From Utricularia gibba (taxonomy: Eukaryota > Plantae > Magnoliophyta): a stretch of 64,000 nt of DNA. The translations under genes were made by a program, and so were the position numbers. Position 1 is the stretch's first letter, and each line of letters starts with the position of its first letter. The notes under the pieces were generated by a model. It was not told the DNA's origin. It saw only the letters and a program-made list of their open reading frames with translations, and made no database searches. This document shows positions 53,453 through 64,000 of this stretch, piece after piece. The stretch covers positions 1,364,001 through 1,428,000 of the forward strand of contig CM007992.1 in assembly GCA_002189035.1 (NCBI GenBank), given 5' to 3'.

Positions 53453-54448
53453 ATGGCTGCGGATGAAGTGATTGAGCTCAAATTCAGGCTTGCTGATGGT
53501 AGTGATATTGGGCCTAGCAAATACAATTCCAGTGCAACTGTGACATCTCTGAAGGAAAAGATTGTTGCACAGTGGCCGAAAGGTTGTGAAATCCTCGTAT
53601 GGGATCTTTTCATTTTATATCTTGATTGTCGCAGCTTCATATTATAGGGGATTTGGGCCTGCTGCACTCTGTATTGATGAATATATAGTGCTCTCTCTTG
53701 CCAAGATGACCTTTGCCTTTGTTACCAATGCATATTTTTCGTATTCTTCGCTGATTATCGTGTTTATGCGATCATTAATGCTTGAATGGGAGTTTCTTTG
53801 TGTTCTCTGTTGTATCCAAGAAAAAAGTTATTACCATGGAGAGTTTTAGTGGTGTCATTTGGTTGTCGTCTGATTGTTTCTCCAATGTGAGTATAACAAC
53901 CGTCTATTATTCTTTGGGATCCTTGTCCTTTGGAATCCCTTTTATATCTTTTCTGTGGCATCATGGAATCAGATAGACTTTCTTTGTGGTCTTCGGCATG
54001 TTTTTCCTGAAAACTAAGGTGCTTCTGAGCTTGTCACCTGTTGTGCAAGTTCAAATTTTCTTGGAATGATAGAGTGTACAAGGAAAGTAAAAATTTCTGC
54101 ATCTCTGAACCAATCCGTTGCTCAAGTCTTATGATGATCTATGGTGATTCTATTGCAGGCGTCGACAATGCTCCTAAATCCGTTAGTGATATTAAGCTGA
54201 TCAACGCAGGAAGGATACTTGAAAACAACACAACACTTGCCGAATCTCGACTTCCCTTGACTGAAGTTCTTGGTGGTGTCATCACAATGCATGTTGTCGT
54301 TCAACAACTCAATGCCGACAGCAACGGGGGTATGTTGTTTTCATTATCTATGTTGATGCACCATATGCTGAAAACCTTTGGTTTTGCATCAGATAAGTTC
54401 AAGGACGATTCCCAGAAGAAAGGAAGATGCTTTTGCAGCATCTTGTAG
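53453..54448 (+). CDS. MUB: Membrane-anchored ubiquitin-fold protein (MUB4/5/6-like), three exons, C-terminal CaaX
   Basis: MAADEVIELKFRLADGSDIGPSKY..LKEKIVAQWPK|..KLINAGRILENNTTL..TMHVVV..|DKFKDDSQKKGRCFCSIL*. Confidence 0.95.
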
Positions 54449-54800
54449 AAACTGCCTGTGAGGAAGAAAGCGGGCTAGCCAGGGCACAAAGATATTCTTA
54501 TACATCTGTAGTTTGTACATCAAAATGTTTGTTGCGTGTTCCAATTCATTATCTGATTCCTCTGTTTTCCGCAATAATCTTTTGATGAAGTACTGCCTTT
54601 CTTTTACAAATTGTTTCTGAGGATGAATGAATCATTGCGTTGTTTGTTCTGACTCCTGAACTTCTCCTTCAATTTATCAACATTGGTTCTTGAAAGTATC
54701 CTCCATTTTCACCAATGAACTGATACATGAAAGCAAACTCATTGAACCAAAGGTTCCAGAGCAGGCATACCTCTTGTGCAGCAGCAACAGTGTGTGTGAT

Positions 54801-56760
<1,960 letters not shown>

Positions 56761-56955
56761 TTCCGCTTCCAACCAATGACAATGTACAGATTACGCGGCG
56801 TTGCTGATGCAAACTCGGCGACGGCCGTCCGTTCTTCGTCAGCTGCGCCGTTTATTTGTTCATTAAAAAAAAGACATTCAAAGCGACGTCGTTTTATTCT
56901 ATAAAGTTTATTATCGAAGAGGGACGCGGAGGCGGTGGCGGAGACGGAGTTAGAA

Positions 56956-58819
56956 ATGGATGTGTCTACTCCTCTGAATTCTTTCTACGCCGTGAATTCT
57001 CGCGCACGGCGCGAAGGAACGCCTCTTCGGAAATCGTTGAACTGTTTTCCTGCATTCCGATTCATGTTTCCAACAATTTCTGCATCAATTTTGGCATCGA
57101 CGTCATCAGGTTTGTTTGTTTGTCGATTTCTCTTCATGCTTTCTGTGATGAATCTCTTCGGAATGCATTCTGTCTTCCGCGTTGGACCGTGGGAGATATC
57201 AGGGTCTTCTTTTTTCCTGTTTGGAATGTTTGGTTTAGCGGATAATCTCTCGCTGAGGTTTAGTCTTCAGGGTTTTACAGAAAAAATTATTCTGAATTGC
57301 AGACTTTCGCTTCATATCTGAAAACACTGGGTTTCGTCGATCTTTTCTCGCATTTGGGGTGCAAAATACAATTGCAGCGACAGATGAATCTGATTGGAGA
57401 CATTCGGAAGTAAGTGAAGGACGCCATTCCCAAATTGCGGATTTTTCTGCTAAAGAAAGTGATGAGCCGTATGAGGAGGCCATTTGTGAACAACTGGATG
57501 ATCAGAAAATGGTTCGCATATGTGACAAATTGATTCCGGTGTTTATGGTTGACAAGCCAACGCCAACTGATTGGCGAAGGTTACTTACGTTTAGCAAGGA
57601 GTGGAACAACATAGGACCCCATTTCTACAAGAGATGTAACGACCGGGCAGATATGGAGAGCGACCCAGAAATGAAACATAATTTGCTTCGTCTTGCGAGA
57701 AAGCTAAAAGAGGTAGGCTCATAATAGTTGTTCTCCTGGTGCAGTTGAACCATCTTATGTCTTCTGATGGCTATAGCTCATTAACATGTATGTATTGTCT
57801 AGATCGACCAAGACATGCAAAGGCATAATGAACTCCTTGAGGCAGTCAGAAAATCGCCTTCTGCAATAGGTGAGATTGTCGCCAGGCGCCGTAAGGATTT
57901 CACAAAGGAGTTTTTCGTTCACCTTCAAACTGTTGCAGAATCGTATTATGATAATCCAGAAGAACAAAATGGTGAGGTAGTTGTTGTTTTATGTTTTCCT
58001 TTGCAGTATCTTTGACTTTGCTCACGTTATTTTTCATATGGCTAGCTGTCGCGAAACTTGGGAACGCATGCTTGGCTGCTGTGGATGCATATGATAATGC
58101 ATCTGAAAGTATAGAAGCAGTAAATGCTGCAGAGCTGAAATTTCAAGACATCATCAACTCTCCTTCTGTTGATGCTGCATGTAGGAAGATAGACAATTTG
58201 GCAGAGAAAAACCAACTTGACTCAGCACTAGTTCTCATGATTACAAAAGCTTGGTCAGCTGCCAAGGAGTCAAACATGATGAAGGACGAGGTAGGTCCAT
58301 TTAACCTCCAAAATCGTTGGTGACAATTGCGTGTAACAACAGCTGAATTTACATCACTTAATTTTTGCAGGTCAAGGATGTTCTTTTTCATCTGTACAAG
58401 ACTGCAAGTGGTAATCTTCAGAGGCTTATGCCAAAGGAAATCAGGATATTGAAGCACATTCTCATGATCGAAGACCCCGAAGAGCGCATGGGTGCCTTAA
58501 AAGATGCTTTCACCCCAGGAGAAGAACTTCAAGGGGTTGAAATGGACTCTCTTTACACGTGCGTGCTTCAACCTGCTTATGATTCTTGTCATACAGTTTT
58601 TCTACATGATCCTCTGAATTTTTTCTACACCTGGTTGACACCGTGTTCCAATCTAACAGGACTCCGATACAGCTGCATACCTGGATTACGACTGTGGTGG
58701 ATGCATATCATATGAGCAGAGAAGGCACACTCATTAGGGAAGCCAGAGACTTGATGAATCCAAAAATCATCAGAAAACTTGAAGAGCTGAAGAAGACGAT
58801 ACAGGATAATTTCTTGTGA
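56956..58819 (+). CDS. Organelle-targeted At1g36320/At4g37920-family protein (CDB1L-like), multi-exon
   Basis: MVRICDKLIPVFMVDKPTPTDWRRLL..ARRRKDFTKEFF..DIINSPSVDAACRKID.LAEKNQLDSALVLMITKAWSAAKESNMMK..GNLQRLMPKEIRILK closely resembles recalled At1g36320. Confidence 0.85.
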
Positions 58820-59718
58820 TACATCTTCCTAAAGATAGGCTTGTATTATTTTGGTCCAGGATAGTTTCATTAAATGTATGTTTTAATCATGATAAAAGAA
58901 TATGTGAGCATCCGAGAATATATATGTGACTCTGAATTTACATAGGTTTGTTTGTGCGGATTACTAGACGAGAGGCAGGCAATAAAGTAAACACATGTAT
59001 GCTGATGCTGTTGCCTCTAACATTCTTCATCAACGTGCTATTCTTTTTGAGCAGAGAACATAACTGTTTGTATTCTTCCAAACTACGCTGTCAATTGTTT
59101 GTTTGCAAATAAGATTTCAGAGTTGGTAAGGGAGAACTTTGATTGAGGGATGGGATATCTCTGATCCCATTTTTCCTCCTGCTCCACCTCAAATTGAAAT
59201 GTGCAGCATTGTATCCTTGCCATGTTCGTTGATGCAATGAAGAAAAAATTGGTGAACTCGCTCGTCTTCTAATGGCGAAAATGCCATGCTCTTAGATATA
59301 AAATCACTGGTTTTGCTTGTTTGTTGCTGCAGCAGGCAGGCATGGAGGCGGTGCTTCAATTTCAGAGGCAACCGAAGTATGCGTAGGTAATGATTATACG
59401 AGTACAAGCCTTTATGCCTCTTTGATACGCATCCCGGCCCCAAGGATACGCAACAAGTAAACATTGTGATGCGGCTTTTAGGAAGAAATGCCCTACCAAG
59501 TGCACTCTACTCTAACCAGCTTTTGGATGTGCCATTTTCTTCATAACCGCGCAAAAGGGGAAGAAGCCATCATCCTTTTGAGGTACGCACATACAACTTG
59601 ATTGACAGACAGCATGTTAGCAGATGACGGCATTACAGGAGAAAAGGAAAGCCTACTGGTCCCTGAACACTTAGGAAACTGAGAACATGGAAACAACAAG
59701 AATGTAAGTAGTTTCCCT

Positions 59719-60649
59719 CTACTTCTTTCTCTTTTTAGGAGGCTGAATCTCCTCATCTTCATCCTCCTCCTCCTCCTCTCCCTCCCCCTCATCTTCCTCA
59801 TCCTCGTCTTCATCATCATCTTCCTCTTCTTCTTCATCTTCATTGGCATCTTCATCACCTTCATCCCCTCCATCCTCTTCCTGGCCAGCTCCATTGACCC
59901 CATCCTCGTTGGCATTGCCATTGCCATTGCTACCGGGATTCGTCTCATGTCCTCCTCCGTCTTCCTTGCCACCATTCTCGTCATCGCCGCCGTCTAGCCC
60001 CTCGCCGCTGTTGTTGTCGACGGCGGCGTCATCATCAGCATCCTTCCCTTCCCCGGCCTCAGTGGGATTCATCCAGTTTTGGAACTGCTGGATTTCATTT
60101 TCTCAGGTATAAGAAATTCAAAAAAATAAAAAGGAAAAATTAATAAAATAAGTATTATATTGTTTGCACGGGAGCGTAATAATTGTTTCCATAAATACAT
60201 TTGTTATTCACTTCCATTAAATGAAAGGAAAGCAGTGGGCCCCCTCCAGCGTCAAAAAAAATGCGGAACTCAGGCATTTATTTAACCCTAATGAAACTCA
60301 TGGCGTGGGTTCCGCAACGGCGCACGTTAGCAGCAGCAACAACAACCAGTACTGTTGCTGATGCAAGAGCCAACGAGCGGGGGCGGGCCGACTAGTTCAG
60401 CGAATGTGAACGTGAACTCAGTACTAGAAATCATTGAATACGCGACACTATCCAGAAAGGTAATGGAGCCCAGTTGTGGAAGCAAAAGAGGAAGGAAGTT
60501 CAGGAGATCAGAGACTTGGGAGTTACCTGCGGGAGTGTGGGGGAGAGGAGTTGAGGGTGGAGATGCAGCACTGCGAGCCTGATGAAGTGTATAAGTTTTG
60601 ACGAGCACGTTAGCGATGGCGCCCTGCTGTCCATTTCCGCCACCGCCAT
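59719..60649 (-). CDS. Acidic D/E/G-rich low-complexity protein ending in an NLS (QPPKKRKK)
   Basis: Exon 59719-~60090 encodes a D/E tract and IQPPKKRKK*. Probable first exon 60527-60649 (MAVAEMDSRAPSLTC..., donor CAG|GTAACT). The N-terminal exon model is uncertain. Confidence 0.72.
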
Positions 60650-62649
60650 CAAGATCTCTAATTTTTGAACAACAAAACAGAGAGGAAATAGTTATACCAA
60701 AAAACCTGCAAGCAAGAAATAAAGTTGACTGTGGTGTACATTCGTCTCTTTCGGGGAGACAGCGTGGTGATGTGAAGGAATTGAGGAGAACCTGGGCTCA
60801 AGTAAGTTTCCAAGGAACTTATGAGACTAGGGAGAGAAGAGAAATGCTTATGCTGTGGTTTGGTGCGTGCCTTTTTTAAGCTGTGTAACTGCTGCTATTA
60901 GTATGTTTATTATTGCTTGGCTATACTGCGTATTTTTGTTTGTTGGCATTTTTAATGTAGAGAGACAAGAGCAATTATGGTGAAAGAGGAAGTAGTTGGG
61001 AGTTTGTATTTGCATTGCAGTGCATGGGTGGATGGATGGGTGGAGAATAGAATCTATTCCAGTGCTTTGAGTTGAATCATGGCATGACTGATGGATGCAC
61101 AGCACAGCACAGGAACGAATGGTGATTGGTAGCGCTGAGGTGCTTTTCATTTTCAAAGAATCATTCTAACTTTTTTTTTCTTTTATCTTCTGCCTTTTTT
61201 CCTGTTCCTGCTCTCGCTTTAGAGTTTACCCGGTTTTTTAGTCTAGCTTTATGCTTTCAAACCGGATCCATGGATGGCACAAAACTCAAAATTCTTCTTT
61301 GTTTTTGGATTGGTTAAAAAGTGATTGACTTTACAAACAACTATTAGCCCAAAACATGGGGTGGTTTCTTCCCCTTATTTTTCCACTGTTCTGTACCTCT
61401 TCCATTTCCTGTCGGGCCAGGGTCACTGGAGACATGAGCCCCAGTTCACGATACTCTTCATGACTGTAATATTACTCCTATTTCTAAAAATAAGCATACT
61501 CTCCTCTTCCACAAGCACCTCATTGAGAACTCTTCTGTTACTAAAAATCGTTCCTGGTAGTGATATTAGTCGATGTGTGGGAGCTGTAGTTATATGCTAT
61601 TCATTTTTTAAGCGGGGAAGAATACTCTGAATGCCATTAAGTAGAAAACAGCCGATTAAATGGAACTGAGTTGTAAGGGGAGGTTTTAAGTGCTTCGATA
61701 ATCAAGGAATTTTCAGCAAGAAGGCAGCATGCTTAAACTCTAAGCTTCTGAAGTGAGTATATTCCAACTTCCATGAAGAGTCTTTGAAACGTGTATGCAG
61801 AAGAATTTGCGGTGTTTCTTTTGCATGTGGTCGTTGTCCAAACGCTGCACGAAAATAACGGTGAAGAAATGTTCCACTTTCACTTTTCCAAAAGCCTGGA
61901 TGGGTGATCAGATTAAGCAAGGGAAAGATGATTAGACCATACCTTTTCTTTCTTTTGTGCTCAAGGGTGACGTACATTATATTATACAACACGAAAGTGG
62001 CTATAATCTGAGTGCATTTTCATGCTAACTTGGATTACTGATTGCGGCATTGCATGTATTTCCTAGGTGTGGTGGGGTGCATATGCCTTGTACTTCTCTT
62101 CCTTTAATGTCGTTATCATATAATGGTATGCTGCCTCATTCTATATAAAGTGACTAAACATGGGGACATATTGCAAGGAACTTTTTTTGTTGAGTAATTA
62201 TGCTTTTGCTAGTTTAAGTTGAACATGAGAAGCTTCTGGTCTGTTGCCTGATCATAAGTTGTGTTACTGACTGATTAACATTTGATGAAGCAGCTTCCCA
62301 GATTGTCGTCCAAGCGTTTGAGTTTCACTTTTGTGGTTCTTGTATGCTAGTGACTAACTCCACACACACCTTCAAGGAGAAGTATTCTTCCCTTCTTGTG
62401 GTTTTCCATAAGTTTTGGGCTTTCATACACCAAAACTACATGCTTTCCAACTGAAGATTCCCTTTGTTGCTTGAAATATGCTGTCTTTTGTACTTGCTTG
62501 AAGGCTGATATTCGTCTGGTAGTACCTTCTGATCATGCTCTTAGTAACAGCTACCTATCTCCTTTTGGTTCCCAGGCTGCTGATATGACTTCTGAAGCCA
62601 ACCAATTCGAGACTTAGAGCACATGGTCTAGGTACACGAACCAATCCTG

Positions 62650-64000
62650 ATGTGGGACGGAGCTTCTGATAGCAGCACCAGCCTAGGGTGTGCTCCCTGC
62701 ATAGAAGAAGAGGTAACAAATTCTGATAGTTACATCCACAAACCAGGCTGTCAATCCAGAAATGAGGTGGTTTAACTTGAATGGCAGCCAAAGTCACTGG
62801 AGAAGACTAAAGATTGTCAAGCATCACAAAGTGCTTCAGAGAAGGTAAACACATCTCCACTTGCTTGTGCGAGCTCAGATCTGTGTTTGTAATTCATCAT
62901 TTGTGGCAGATACAACGAAAGCTTGCTCAGAATCGTCAAGCTGCGAAGAAATGCAGGATGAGAAAGAAGGTTCTTCATGTTTTGCTACCTTTCATTTACT
63001 GCAGCTCTGCAACCTGAACTGCTCTTTGGATAGGCGTATGTTCAAGAATTAGAAATGGATTGGCTGAAACTTGCCCAGCTTGAGCTGGAACTGAAAAGAG
63101 TTAGGCAAAATGTAAGGAAAAATGAGCCAGCCATTCATGGCTGTCTGTGATTCGCTCCTGTCCCCAAAAACATTCACTTGATTTAGATGAATCCGCAGGG
63201 TATGACTGTTCCGGTTTCAACTTCAAATACGTGTCTTATGTACAGAACTGTGAGCTCAGGTACGCAGCAACTGCATTCTGCTTTCAATGAGAACGATGCT
63301 GTGACACATCCTCATTCATAGCAGGTGTTTCTGCGTTTGAGATGGCATTTGGACAATGGAAAGATGGGAGAGATCGAGCAGTGTCAGATCTTCGAAACGT
63401 ACTTGAGAGTTCTAGAAGTGAAGCAGAGCTGCACCTTGTGATTGACAGTATGCTGGAACACTACCAACATCTGTTCCAAATGAAAAGAGATGCTGCAAGA
63501 ATCGACGCCTTCTACGTGGTCTCAGGCATGTGGGCGACCTCCGTGGAACGTTTCTTCCTCTGGATTGGAGGCTTCCGGCCATCAGAGCTCCTAAGCGTAT
63601 GTACGAACTTAATACCAGTTTCAGAACTTGTTCCAGAGAGCAGGTAAACAAGGCCATAGTTTCTTCCTGCAGTTTGTGAAGCCACACCTTGAGCCGTTAA
63701 CAGAGCAGCAAACGACGAATGTGAGCAACCTGAAGCGCTCATGTACACAAGCAGAGGACGCTCTGTCACAGGGCGTGGAAAGACTTCAACAGACGATGGT
63801 GGATAGCATTGCATTTCTTGCTGAAGAAGCGGGAAGCTACAGCTCTCAGACAGCTTCAGCTTTGGACAAGATGGAGTCTTTAGAAGGCTTCGTGAACCAG
63901 GTCAGAACAACAACAACTCCCTCTTGCCTTCACTCCTCCTCCAAGCTCTGATTCCCATCCGCATTGCACTCAGGCCGATCATCTACGAGAGCAAACCTTG
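62650..64000 (+). CDS. TGA: TGA-class bZIP transcription factor with DOG1 domain, divergent basic region, 3' end beyond the window edge
   Basis: ASEK|IQRKLAQNRQAAKKCRMRKK|AYVQELE..LAQLELEL..|GVSAFEMAF..HYQHLFQMKRDAARIDAFYVVSGMWATSVERFFLWIGGFRPSELL|..LEPLTEQQ..SCTQAEDALSQG..LEGFVNQ|ADHLREQTL. The start codon (MWDG at 62650) is inferred. Confidence 0.92.

Overview
Gene-dense eudicot nuclear DNA with short introns and very AT-rich spacers; the species cannot be assigned from the sequence. Thirteen host genes are supported, in order: FANCJ helicase (-, runs off the left edge), BRD1/2-type bromodomain protein (+), intronless APE1L AP-endonuclease (-), CYCB2 (+), starch branching enzyme I (-), GIGANTEA (-), DUF1475 protein (-), SWAP/CID protein (-), capping protein beta (-), MUB (+), methylglutaconyl-CoA hydratase (-), CDB1L-like (+), an acidic NLS-tailed protein (-), and finally a divergent TGA bZIP (+, runs off the right edge) as the fourteenth. 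Accessory DNA includes (i) a 3,151-bp Ty1/copia insertion (8432-11582) with a 5-bp TSD, an apparently 85-bp LTR bounded by 17-bp perfect inverted repeats, an 18-nt tRNA-Phe primer-binding site, and a 3' end that stops at the start of RT on a 6-bp LTR-end-like motif; (ii) a ~5-kb hierarchical AT-rich satellite carrying four indel-free copies of a 66-nt terminal-exon-like cassette; (iii) a 421-bp hAT MITE with 8-bp TSD upstream of GIGANTEA. Six single-base deletions at G/C runs break otherwise intact reading frames and probably reflect consensus errors, so pseudogene calls here are unsafe. Multi-exon gene coordinates were assembled by eye and are outer CDS limits. Family assignments and Arabidopsis IDs are from recalled sequences, not database searches.
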